DNA of 64,000 nucleotides. Origin: Octopus sinensis. Its lineage: Eukaryota. Below, in pieces: positions 50,478-63,608 of this stretch. Numbering within the stretch: the stretch's first letter is position 1; each line of letters starts with the position of its first letter. Below the pieces are notes generated by a model. The model saw nothing but the letters and a program-made list of their open reading frames with translations, was not told where the DNA came from and did no database searches. The stretch is taken from NCBI RefSeq assembly GCF_006345805.1, contig NC_043001.1:126728001-126792000 (forward strand), in the 5' to 3' direction. The translations under genes were made by a program, and so were the position numbers.

Positions 50478-53305
50478 GCATTATTGGGAAATCTCCCAAA
50501 ATTTCCGGCAATTTCCGACCTATCCGGCAACCTCCGGCAATCTTTTTTTGAAAGATTTTAGAAAAGTTTTCCCCAAAAGTTTCTGAAATTTTTTCCGAAA
50601 TATTTTAGAAAATTTTCTCCAAAATTTTTTAAATCTCCCAAAATGCTATTTCACCTTCCTCCGGCTATATCCGACAATCTCCGGCAATCTCCGGCTATCT
50701 CTGGCCATCTCCGGATATCTACGGCAAATTCCGGTAATTTCCGGCAATTCCCCTCAATCTCCGGCAATTTCCGACAAATTCCTATCACTTCCGGCAATCT
50801 CCGAAAATTTCAGGCAATTCTCGGTAATCTCTGGCAATTTCCGTTAATTTCCGGCGTATCCGACAATTTCCGGCAATATCCGGCTATCTTTTTCTGAAAG
50901 ATTTTTTGAAAATTTTTCCCAAAAACTTTTGAAAATTTTCCCCAAAGATTTTAAAAAATTTTCCCCAAAAATTTTTGAAAATTCTTGGCAAAAAATTTTC
51001 AAAATTTTTGGCCCAAAGTTTTTCCCAAGAATTTTTCAAATCTTTCTCCAAACATTTTTGAAAATTTTTCCATGCATCATTGGGAAATCTCCCAAAATGC
51101 TATTCCACCAATCACCGGCAATCTCCGGCCATCTCCGGCAATTTCCGGTAATTTCCGGCAATCTCCGGCAACTTCCAGTAATTACCGGCAATCTCCAGCA
51201 ATCTCCAGTAATCTCCGGCAATTTCCGGCATCTCCGACAATTTCCGGCAATGTTGGGCAATCTTTTGTTGAAAGATTTTTTGAAAATTTTACCCAAAAGT
51301 TTTTAAAACTTTTTCACAAAAATTTTTCAAAATGTTTCCCAAAAATTTTCGAAACTTTTCCCCAAATTTCTTCAAAATTTTTCCTAAATGTTTTCAAAAT
51401 TTTACCCCAAAATTTTTGAAAAACCTTCTCCAAAATTTTTTTAAATTTTCCAAAAAAGTTTTAAAAAATTTTTCCGAAATATTTTAGAAAATTTTCCCCA
51501 ATAATCTTTGAAAATTTTTCGCTGCCTTATTGGGAAATCTCTCAAAATGCTATTCTGCCTATCTCCAGCAATCTCCGGTTATCTCTGGCAATCGCCGGAT
51601 ATCTCCGGCAATCTCCCGCAATTTCCGGCAATCTCCAAAATTTTGGGAAATTTTCGTTCAAAATCTTTCAAAATTTTTCCCCAAAAATATTTCAATAATT
51701 TCCCCCAAAATTTTTCTAAATTTTACCACAAAATTTTGGAACTCTTCCCCGAAAATTTTTGAAAATTTTCCCCTAAAGTTTTTCAAAATTTTTCGAAATA
51801 TTTTAGAAAATTTTCCCAAAAAAGTTTTGAAAAATTTTCCCTGCATTTTTGGGAAATCTCCCAAAATGCTATTCCGCCTATCTCCGACAATCCTCGACTA
51901 TCTCTGGCAATCTCTGGATATAACCGGATATCTTTGGCAATCTCCGGCAATTTCAGGCAATTCCCGCCAATCTCTAGCAATTTCCGGTAATCTCCGATCA
52001 CTTCCGGCAATTTCCGGCAATCTTCAAAGTTTTTCGAAATCTTCCCCCCAAAAGTTTCAAGATTTTCACCAAAAATTTTTCGAAAATTTTCCACAAATTT
52101 TTTGAAAATCTTCCCCAAAAATTTTTGAAAATTTTCCCCAAAAGTTTTTCAAAATTTTTACGAAATATTTTAGATTTTCCCAAATATTTTTGAAAATTTT
52201 TCCCTGCATTATTGGGAAATCTCCCAAAATGCTATTCCGCCCATCTCCGTCAATCTCTGGCTATCTCTGGCAATCTCCGGATATCTTCGGCAATCTCCGG
52301 CAATTTCCGTCTAACTCGGGAAATTTCCGGAAATTCTCGGTAATCTCCGGAAATTTTCGGTAATTTCCGGCATATCCGACAATTTCCAGCAGTCTCGCCT
52401 GTCTTTTTCTGAAAGATTTTAAAAAATTTTCCTCAACAGTTTCTGAAAACTTTTTGGAAAATTTACCCCAAAAATTTTTGAAAAAATTTTGAAAATTTTC
52501 CCCAATAATTTTTGAAAATTATCCCCCAAAATTTTTCAAAACTTTTTGGGAAATTTTTCACAAAAATTTTTGAAAATTTTCCCTAAAAACTTTTGAAAAT
52601 TTTCTATGAAAATTTTTTAAAATTCTTGCTAAAAAATTTTCAAAATTTAGCCCAAAACCTTTCCCAAGAATTTTTCAAAGTTTTCACCAAAAATTTTTGA
52701 AAATCTTTCTCCAAAATTTTTCCCTGCATTACTGGGATATCTCCCAAAATGCTATTCCGCCAATTTCCGGCAATCTCCGGCTATCTCTGGAAATCTCCGG
52801 CTATCTCCGGTAATTTCCGGCCCTATCCGTAAATTTCGGTAATTTCCAGCAATTTCCGTCAATTTCTGAAAATTTTCAGCAATTTCCGGCCATTTCTTGT
52901 CATTTGCAGCAATTTCCGCTATATCCGAGAATTTCCGGCAATTTTCCCGAAAACGTTTTGAAAATTTTCACGAAAAATTTTCCCCAAAAGTTTTTCAAAG
53001 TTTCTCCCAAAAATTTTGGAGAATTTTCCCAAAAAACTTTTGAAAATTTTTCTCTGCATTATTGGGAAATCCCCAAAATGCTATTCCGCCAAACTCCGGC
53101 TATCTCCGGTAAACTCCGGCTATCTTCGACAAATTCCGACAGTCTCCGGCAAACTCCTTCAATTTCCGGCAATTTTTTCCCAAAAATTTTTGAAAATTTA
53201 CAACAAACATTTATGAAAATTTTCACAAAAATTTTTGAAATGTTTCCCCCAAATGTTTTGAAAATTTTCCCAAATATTTTGAAAATTTTCCCCAAAAATT
53301 TTTGA
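50478..53305. repeat. Higher-order satellite, 8 units of ~150-520 bp
   Basis: Anchor GCATTATTGGGAAATCTCCCAAAATGCTATT at ~50478, 50631 (partial), 51074, 51524, 51843, 52206, 52726 and 53056; each followed by a (TYTCCGGCAA)n-like block and an AAAATTTT-rich block. Confidence 0.95.
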
Positions 53306-53378
53306 AATACCAAATGTACATTTTCGGATTTTTCATAATATCATAATGTGATGTAATTCTTTGGTATAGCAATTTCAT

Positions 53379-53470
53379 GCGGCTGAAGAGAGCTTTAAAC
53401 CATCTGTTGTGTCGATTACACATTGATGTAAGAATAGGTTGTTTTATAAAGCTTGAAACACGTGTACCGC
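53379..53470 (+). ncRNA. Type I hammerhead, canonical core, extended stem II (right arm)
   Basis: GCGG/CCGC stem I, CTGAAGA, 8-bp GAGCTTTA/TAAAGCTT stem II, GAAA, palindromic CACGTG, GUA site; predicted cut after 53466. Confidence 0.82.
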
Positions 53471-53891
53471 GACATCCTTTGTGTTCTGTTTTTTATTTCA
53501 TTTGATGCATATACCCTCTCACCTCTGCTACTAACTGGCATATACAGGTGCTTACACTTATCAAGTATTCTCCCTGAATTTACTTATATATATATACTGT
53601 ATATAAATTCCCTACTGGGAATGACCAAGTTTAAAAATCTGCTGGATCTCACTCATAAGGGAATCTTACATTGCTTATTAACTCTATATTTGGAAGGACT
53701 CATATTAATCTCTGTTGGACTTTTGGATTTTACTCAAAGGATATTGGAATATTGCATATATACCATTGTGCCTATAAAACAGATTTACAACTCAATACCC
53801 ATACATATCTGGCATCTATTTTCGTTCCTCCACCCCACTCACTATTTTGTATCACATCGAAACTAACTATGACTTAATTTTCCTCCACACC

Positions 53892-53943
53892 GTCTCCGAT
53901 GAAGGGATATTATTAATTTATATCCTAGAAACAGCTGTAAGAC
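53892..53943 (+). ncRNA. Type I hammerhead, CCGAUGA core
   Basis: GTCT-CCGATGA-A-GGGATAT(TATTAATTT)ATATCCT-A-GAAA-CAGCTG-TA-AGAC. Confidence 0.72.
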
Positions 53944-54011
53944 CTTCTATCTATAAATGCTCTAATATCTATACAGCCTTGGTTTTTTAATCTTATTACG
54001 CAAAAAATTCT

Positions 54012-54042
<31 letters not shown>

Positions 54043-54882
54043 ACAGCTTATGAAAATACACAAACGAACAATTGTATTAGTATGGCGCTCAATATAAATA
54101 AAACAAGTCTTATCGAGCCTATAAGAGAAAAAATGCGTGCAGTAGCTAACGAATCAACACACACACATACATACGCACATGCATACGTGCGCATATACAT
54201 ACATACGCAGATGCGTACTTACGTGCATATACACATACATACATACGTACACACATACATACGTATATATAACCTGAACTAACTAGATGTAAGGGAGAAA
54301 AGGAAAAATAAAGATAAATAATAGTAAAACAAAAGTTTTGTGATATAGAGATAAGTGACTGATAATAGGTTTTAGAGTTTTGTCGTGGGGGTTAGGGTCG
54401 CAAATCACTTCCTAGTTTCGGCGGGTGAGGTTGAAATTTGATATTGTTGTGATGAGTGGTCAGTCTACATCTATCCATCACTACAGGTTTATAGCTTTAA
54501 GTTTATAGTGTGTGTGTGCGTGCTTATACACACATACATACATACGTACACACATGCATACACACAGGCGTACGTACGTACATACATACATACATGCATG
54601 CATGCATACATGCGTACATACATAGATACACACACACACATACGTACATATATATAACGAACTAACTGTTACTTTCTCAGATGCAGCACGGATTTTTGTC
54701 AGTGAGCAGGTCGCGGTCTTAAAGCGACGAAAATATTTTGACAAATTAAACTTAAATGTTGAAGTGAATCGAGCGGCTTTTGTGTGTTTCTTAAATGGCT
54801 TATAAACACCTTCCACGCTGCAATTGTTTTCGTTTCAGCACACGATCTCAGATCAAATCACTTGCTATGCAAGTACATCTCC

Positions 54883-54959
<77 letters not shown>

Positions 54960-55299
54960 GCAACTCTAACGAATCAAAGAGTAATAAATATACTGGGTAG
55001 CAACTTCTTACAGTCTGTTCCACTCGTTACATACACACATACATACACAATCTCTTTCTCTCTCCCTCTCTTTCTCTTCCCCTCTCTCTCACACACACAC
55101 ACAAACACAGCATGCACACATATATACACATGCATACACATATGTTGTTTGACTGAAGACAATAATTGATCTAATGTAGTCTCGTTGAATATCTCGCAGA
55201 ACTCCCAATTTTTTTATTTCGTATCCTTTTTCTAGAATGTTAAGCATATCCGCCATTTGCCTTAATACAACAACCCTTTAGTAAGTTCATTCTATCGGA

Positions 55300-56600
55300 A
55301 ATCTGATGAGATTTCAAACAGGAGATTATCAAGAATACATTATCCACTGGTACTTTACCTCCACATACGAGACATTTCTCGTTCCTCTGCTATAATGCAT
55401 GTATGTGGTCTGTGTTCTAATCAAGAAGCCTCCACATCATCTCTTACTACGGCTATACATAATTCTCTCAACCTTTATATATAGTCCATCTGTACTATCC
55501 ATATTGCACTCTTTACTCATAGTTCACTCCGGAATGTGGTGAATATGAATATATTAATTACATGTTGTCCACTACTCGATCTCACCACAAAAAAGATTAC
55601 TCTGGCTCAGTATCTGATGATGCTGTCTTTCCTCAACGATATTATATCAAGCTTATATCAGCGATATTATATCAAGCCCAAGATGCGGTTTTGTCTCCTT
55701 CTCATTTTTCTTCCTATACATTAAAGATCTACTTGCTGTCACCGCCATCGACACTTACCCCAATGCAGACGATTCTATCTTTCATTCCTACCTCACTTTG
55801 CATATAGAATTAAGACACTTTACTCAGTCTACATTGACTACACGAAAAGAAACCTTGAAAGTCAACCTAAAATTAAAAAGCCTTTCCCCGATGGGATCTC
55901 GATCAATTTTGTCTCTTTCAACTGTAAATTAACACACTCTGCGCATAATACAAAAGTACATAAACCAGATTACTCTGTCAAATATAATGGTTATTTATTC
56001 CCATAATTTTGAATCAACCGTGCATTATCTTGTAGAAATTTCGATGATGTATTAGTTTAATTTTAGAGTGACATTGTAAGAAAGTGTGAGAGGCATGATC
56101 TGACCCGTTTAAACATAAAATATTTGAACCAGATACGGCCAGTGTACAACGTGCTACTAAAACATTCATACTTGCTGCAATTCCAAGGCGCTACTTGTTA
56201 CTGAAACCTCATCAACTGAATGCCTATCTTCAATATACGAGTAGCAGGGTCTAAATCTCATAGACTGGACTTTCTCTTCACACCCAGAAAATACACCCTA
56301 TCCACACGCACACGCACACGCACACATATACTACCGCACATACTTCATAATGGAGTACCGCTCCCACACTGGGATGAACCTGCTGCAATACACACAACTT
56401 AGAGTGCCTTCATATAAGGATTATTCGGTACTCAAACACACACGACATAGATGTAATGTCTCCTCATTCTTCATTTTATACCGAAATACAGTTTCTTCTG
56501 CTCTTAAGCATTCGCTTAGACACTCTCAACTCAATCACTCCTTTTCTTTTCTTCGGCTATATTCTGTCTGCTTTACATGACATGAATTATTGCGTTCAGT
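55300..56600 (+). mobile_element. Ancient LINE RT remnant (CR1/Jockey-like); boundaries uncertain
   Basis: At ~55675-55775: QAQDAVLSPSHF (cf. PQGSVLSP), YIKDL (cf. YINDL), NADD (cf. YADD). Confidence 0.5.
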
Positions 56601-57000
56601 CCTTTATATTTCTAGAGCATTGGTCTCCCTGAAATACCGTTGTCGCTATTATATTGTCCAGTAGCCAACTACTTGTGGTAGTGTAAGGTTAGTGTTTATT
56701 CTAATCAGCCTCACCAGTGACGGCGGATTTATAAAGTCACTTCTCGAATAAAGAAATATGTGTATGTATATGTGAAGCAGGGAAAAGCTAGGAAGGAGAT
56801 AATGGAGTGCCAGAACATTCTTCGGAAAGGCATCAACATCACAACTCCACTTCTGCATCCATATCCACATGGAATTTTTAACTTGGAAGCCACTGAACCA
56901 CAAAAAGTCAGGCAAGGGAACCAGTTTTATCACATTACATTAGTGCAAAAGTTAATTTTCTATCCTAAACAATGTGTGTGTGTGTGTGTGTGTGTGCGTG

Positions 57001-57062
<62 letters not shown>

Positions 57063-57201
57063 TGTTCACTTTTCTGAGTTTACATAGTCAGACAAATCCA
57101 CTGAGCAAAATTTTCTACTGCTGAATGTTGTTCTTTTAGTAACCATCACCTGTTTCCAGACAAGAACCCAACAACTTTAGAAGAAATTCAATATTCAAAT
57201 T

Positions 57202-57560
57202 GACGCAGGAGTGGCTGTGTGGTAAGTAGCTTGCTTACCAACCACATGGTTCCGGGTTCAATCCCACTGAGTGGCATCTTGGGCAAGTGTCTTCTACTAT
57301 AGCCTCGAGCTGCCCAAAGCCTTGTGAGTGGATTTGGTAGACGGAAACTGAGAGAAGCGCGTCGTATATATGTATATGTATATGTATATATGTGTGTATG
57401 TGTATGTTTGTGTGTCTATGTTTGTCCTCCTAACATCGCTTGACAACCGATGCTGGTGTGTTTATGTCCCTGTAACTTAGCGGTTCGGTAAAAGAGAACC
57501 GAGAGAATAAGTACTAGGCTTACAAAGAATAAGTCCTGGGGTCGATTTGCTTGACTAAAG
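57202..57560 (+). mobile_element. SINE family A, 3'-truncated
   Basis: Complete head and body; stops before the GGCGGTGC tail. Confidence 0.88.
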
Positions 57561-57690
57561 AATGTTATCACCAACAACGTGATTTATCTAAGACATCACC
57601 CAGTAATCTATCAAGTTCATTTACTCATTTCTCAATACTTTCTGCTTCCCTCCTTCATTTTATGCCTCCATTAGATGGGTAGATTTGCTA

Positions 57691-58952
57691 TTAGGTTGTC
57701 AAGAAAGTTCTTGTGGAATTTTTTATTTTGGTTTTAAATGATGTATTTTCAAATTGATTTTCGTAAAAATTACTTTATATATCACTTTAAAGCCCGTTTT
57801 GTTTTTGCTCTATCTAATCGTGTTACTTTTTTTCTTGTTGAATATTTAGGCCATTTTTTCCGGAACGTTGAATGCAACATAGACAAAAAGCAAATTCGCA
57901 CAATTTTCTTATTCCAGTTCAAGCTAGGCCGAAAAGTTGCGGAAACTGCTCGTGATATCAACGATGCGTTTGGCACAGGAACCACTAATGAACGCACAGC
58001 ACAATGGTGGTTCAAATAATTTCGTACCGGTGACGAGAGTCTTGAAGGTGATAAGCGTAGTTGTCGGCCATTGGATGTTGACAACAATCAACTAAGAGCC
58101 TTAGTCGAAGCCAATCCACGCACAACTGTTCGAGAGCTTGCTTCTGAATTATACGTAATGTAAATGACAATTTCCAACCACTTGAAAGAGATTGGATAAA
58201 AAAATACTTGAGAACTGGGTGCCGCACGAATTGAACGACAACCAACAAAAAATATGGTGTTTTGAAGTGTCATCTTCCCTTCTTTTACGTAACAAGAACG
58301 ATCCGTTTCTCGACCGGATTGTGCCTTGCGATGAAAAGTAGATTCTTTACAACAATCGGCGACGCTCAGCTCTACAGCCCTTCCCGAAGCCAAAATTGTA
58401 CCAAAAGAAGGTCATGGTGACTGTTTGGTGGTCTGCGTCCAGTCTCATCCATCACAGCTTTTTGGATCCAGGCGAAACCATTACGGCGAAGAAGTACTGT
58501 CAGCAAAAGGATGAAATGCATATGAAGCTCCGACAACAACAGCCAGCATTGGTCAATAGAAAAGGACCAATTCTTCTCCACGACAACGCTCGGCCGCATG
58601 TCTCACAACTGACCCTGTAGAAGTTGAACAAATTGGGCTACGAAACTCTGCCTTATCCGCCATACTCACCAGACCTCTCGCCTACAGACTACCACTTTTT
58701 CAAGCATCTCGACAACTTCCTGCGTGAGAAATACTTCAAAACCCAAGACGATGCCAAACATGCTTTCAACGACTTCATTGCCACCAGAACGCAGGAGTTT
58801 TACGCTACTGACATAAATAAACATGTTTCGCGTTGGCAAAAGTTTGCTGATTCTCATGGTGTTTATTTCGATTAATAAAGTTTTGTATGAGCCGAGATAT
58901 GTGCACCTGAATTTAAAGGTTAAAAACCGCAAGAACTATCTTGACAACTTAA
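57691..58952 (+). mobile_element. Mariner (D,D34D) transposon, full length, inactivated
   Basis: TA-flanked ~30-bp TIRs TTAGGTTGTCAAGAAAGTTCTTG / CAAGAACTATCTTGACAACTTAA; CDEK, WVPHEL, LLHDNARPH, YSPDLSPTDY; several stops and frameshifts. Confidence 0.95.
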
Positions 58953-61900
58953 TAGTATATATAATTTGATATATACGTATGTGTGTGTGTGTGTGTCTAT
59001 ACATACATTTTTATATATATGCTTAACACACTTGTCCTTATATTTACTTCTCTACCTGCTCAAGTTCAAATCCCTTGAGTACTACGGAGTGTATTCTATA
59101 TAGAAGAACACCTGTCTCTAAATTTATATATCGTTCACGTAGTGTATGAATAATATCCTTAAGGTGAACAATTACCCACCTGCGACCACTTCTAGGCTTT
59201 GTCACTAACTCAGTTTTTAACCAAATTATGGTTTTAGGTTGGTCACATCCTAAGCTACATTTTCAGCTATAAAATTTGAAAATTGCTTCGGTAGAAAAAA
59301 GATTCAGCAAAATATGTGAGGTCAAAATCAAGAGAGTCCAAATACTTTTTTTTAAAAGAAATCTGTTTTATTTTAGCTTATATGATGCATGCGCCCGCAT
59401 TTTATTATTTTTTTCTTTTTTGTACATTTCTAACGAAATCCTTCTTTCTATAAGAAAGAAGCTGCTGCCAATGCAGTGAATCACCAATCTCTTGATGCTA
59501 TTTTTTTATCTGTTGAGAAATAGATTCAAAGCTTTTCCTGAGATATCTGCGAAAAACCATCATCTTATCAAGTCCGTTTTGGAATGCTTACTTTTGTTTA
59601 ATCTTTGATCACTCCAGGTTGAGAACAGCTATGATCAGTATTTCAAAGGCAACCTGTCGTTGGCCTACAATCCTTCCAGATGTAATAAAATTACTTTCCA
59701 ATAACACTGTGTGACAAAGTTTTATTTCTTTTTCTGCCTTTGGTCAATACATCATATTTCCTATGTGCTTCGATCTAGAAACCAAAGGGAAGGACTACTA
59801 TTCCCTTCAAACTTTGCTTTTTTGACCCGCATATCAATGTTTTGAAACCAACTATGCACGCACACGCACGCACACGCACGCACACACACGCGCGCGCGCA
59901 CATATACATGCAGAAAATTAATCGCTGTAAAGGGAAACTTCAAATATATACAAAAGAACGGGATAAATCACGGCTGAAATGCCCATTGTCAATGGTTTTC
60001 TCGCTCAGAGTTGATCAACGACCTAAATAACAAGAAAAAAAACAAGTTTGCATTCCGCTGGAATTGAATTTGGTTTCATTCTAACAGCTTCAGCGATAAT
60101 AGTAAAGGGTCTTTAGACAGTCGCTATTCCTTTTGTTGGTTTGTGTCAACATAAGAACCCCATTTTACTTCTACGCTTATATTATCTATGTTAATATCGG
60201 ATCTGATCTGTGTCTTTCAATACAAATGCTATACTAAATATGAAGTATGTTTTTTAATATCAATGAAAACCTCGAGCCTCTTATTGTAATACTTTGTGTA
60301 AGTTAATGAGGGAAGCCGAGGCACAAACTCTCCTAGAATGTTGAAATTTGTGCGGTAACAACTTAGCTTTACCTAAAACTTAATTTATTGTGTGTTAATA
60401 CATTTCTTTTAATATGAGACTCTATTTCTAAATCACTGTTTGTTTTCATTCCGAATTTTAAGTTTATCAATGATATAATTCAGGTCAGGCTTGTAATTAT
60501 TTGTGTCTATGTTATATTAGGAGGGGAACTTTTGCTTAAGCATACTATGTATTTGAAGTTTTCTGAGAATCAGTATTTTTCATTTGGGATTATGTGTGTT
60601 TCAGTTTTACCGCTGATACAACATTTATAAGAGTTTCAATGTTTCTTCTGATCTAAAATATCATGTATATAAATATTTTCTCTGAGTTTAGATATTCTCT
60701 GAATTAGATTTTCTACGCGTAGAGAAATTCGCACACATCAGAATTATTTTGATCTGAGATTTCCAGGTAATCAATTGTTTATTTCTGACTAAAGATTTAT
60801 AGCGACTATAATATAATTTCTGATCGGAGATCTTATGTGTCCATGCTATCTATCTCTTATCCGATAATTGTAATGATTGTGGGTCACTTGTATAGAGCGA
60901 AGAATGCTCTTATGTATTAGCTATCGAACCCTGATTTCCTACAATTCTATAAATGTAAACACCAAGAATAGATATTTCATAGAGTACGAATGCAGTTAGC
61001 TTAATTGCTATTTGTTATTATGTGTAACTTTCTCTTCCAACTAACAGATAATAATTATTTTGATTTATCCATTTAAAGTATTAACTCTCACAAAATCTGA
61101 GAGTAAACTCTCCTGTTATTGCAGATTGTTTCCATTTCCTTTAACCGAGAACACTTAACGTACGCCATTATAGCCAGAGTAATTTCCTTTATATACAATA
61201 TTACAAATGTGAAGCAGATTTTACGACGTTTCAACATAAATTGTTTTGCTGTTTTCATCTGCCTGTGGATGATTGAACTCAGTTATCTTGCGTAATATTT
61301 TTCAAATCATGCCCAGAGAAACACCAAACAACAAACTAGTGTAATTTACATGGGTATCTTGATAGCATATCAAAAGCATTAAACTTTTGAAGAGTGATAT
61401 CCTTAAAAGTGGTACTATAGTATGGAAGGAATACTCGGACTGTCCTGAAGATTTAAGCTGTTCTTGAAAGATTTTACTTTCATCAGAAACGACAACTAAA
61501 GGACGAAATGTATGCCCCAAAAATCAGAGCCATGCTTGTAACTCTTTATTCTGATGTTATTCTGCATACAATTGTCATCATTTCTGTCTTCAATTAACTT
61601 GCTCTGCCAAAAACCATACAGAAACCAGAAGTTCATTAATATCATCAATAACTCTTTACCTAAGATTGGTATATCTAATGCCATACTTCACTGGAATCAC
61701 ATTCTTCATTATTTTGTCCAGCATCATATTCAATTTTGGTGGTTACATTGCATATCTTTGCATGATCCATGCATTTTCCAAAAAGAGCTTACAAAATGCA
61801 GTGGAGAGGATTGAAAGAAGTTCAGTTATCATTACATGTTAAAACTGTGATAGTACTAAAACTAACTATCGAAAGTTGTTAGTTATTTACAACACGCAGA

Positions 61901-63550
61901 GAAAGAAGTTTTTACTCGAGGCAATATCACGTACGACAAAATTCCAATAAGATAATGATAAAATAGAAATAGGAAATCGAAATTTAAAGCCATTTAACCT
62001 GCACTAACTCATAAATCATATGCGGACCAAACCTACTTAGAACACATATCGGGATATAATGTTTTTCGCACAGAATCTATAAAAGACAAATAAGTAAAAT
62101 TGCTGTTATAAATATGAATAATCATCAATTTGAAAACGGGTCTCTTGAAGTATAAGGATGACAATTAGATAATACATTACCTAATTACCGTAACATGTAA
62201 CAGACACCGACTTACTACATTTTATCATAATAGGACAGGAAAGATTGCAATAATAGTAAAGCCATAATTTTTTTATAACCTCAGACAGAATTTATAAATT
62301 AATCTTCTTTGTAGCCACAGGTTTCCTTGGATGTCACGCCGTTATTGGTTCAACATTTTTATTAATTTTTAATCCGAATTATAATAAATTACTCTTTCTC
62401 TCATCATTTTTTGTTTCGAAATAATAGCTTGATGTTGACACAATGTAGATGTTGTTTGATTATTCCTATACACAGCAATGCCTTCAGCCGGCAGAACACT
62501 ATTTTATAATAGTTTTGCTCGTTAAATTTCACCTGCATTTATTGGATTACATACTTAGTAAACAATAAAATTTAGTAAATCCATTAGCACATCGGTATTC
62601 AATATCTATGAATTTATTCATCAATACTCACTAAGGACATGTGTCAAGTAATTTAGCTAAAAGCACAAAATAGTGATATGCAAATGTGAAGTGTATACCT
62701 AATGTTACATACATATAGCTGTTCAATTGTTAGCTATATCACCTATTTGTGACCTACTATGACATACGAAGTTTTGCATTCTACTTTTGTGAATATACTT
62801 AATTTTTTAAAAAAGAGTTGCACATACTTCTGGTTGTATATCTAAATGCACGAGCGCCAAAAAAGTATAAATAGAAATGAAATAAACGAACAAAAGCAAT
62901 GCTCATTAAAAGAATACGTATAATTTGTTATTCAGTTGTTGCATCTTTTATTGTTACTATTTTTTAATTACAATCAATAAAACATATTTTAAATAAATAG
63001 AAGTAGAGAAGAAATTAGAAAAATAAATATTCCTACGTGAAGGATTTTCGAAACAAATTGAAGATAAAATAATACATGAGTATTAAAATAGTAATAATTT
63101 CTATCTGATACGTAAGAGCAGAAATTAAAAAAGGGAGGTGAAGTCGTGATATTCATGCCTTTTCCAAAGACACGACTATCATAGTTAAAGGAAAGAATTG
63201 CAACCAGGAATTAAAACCATGTTGCAAGTGTCGATGCACTTACGTCAATTTCCATAACATGGGGATTCACTCAATAACAAAAATATTAGGTATCATTAAA
63301 AAAAAAATGAAAATAAGAAGGAACAGTATGGAAAGAAATAGGAAGAGACGGAGAAGTTGTAGAAAGTAGACAATGAGATAGAAACACAATGCAAGGGTTT
63401 ATAACAAAAAATAATATTTGACTACGCCATAAAACTGCGTTGAAGGTCAGCGATGCATTTTGGCAGTGACCAGTTTATCGGTTTCCCATTTGGTTCATAG
63501 TACTGTTACCCTGATAATGTTTAAAGATCGTGTTTTTTATGTTTTATGTT

Positions 63551-63608
<58 letters not shown>

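Larger units (their letters stand above)
50152..53513. mobile_element. Non-coding element: satellite array bounded by ~205-bp inverted repeats that each contain a hammerhead
   Basis: 50152-50356 mirrors 53306-53513 (about 8 substitutions and one 3-nt indel); TA-rich outer boundaries. Confidence 0.85.

Noticed and set aside
50478-53305. CRISPR-like reading of the repeated hairpin anchor, and the ORFs across the array
   Set aside because: Spacers are themselves repetitive and vary from ~150 to 520 bp, there are no cas genes and the context is eukaryotic; ORFs are low-complexity satellite translations
55295-55330. CTGATGA inside GAAATC-TGATGA-GATTTC
   Set aside because: Simple palindrome; no GAAA or stem III downstream
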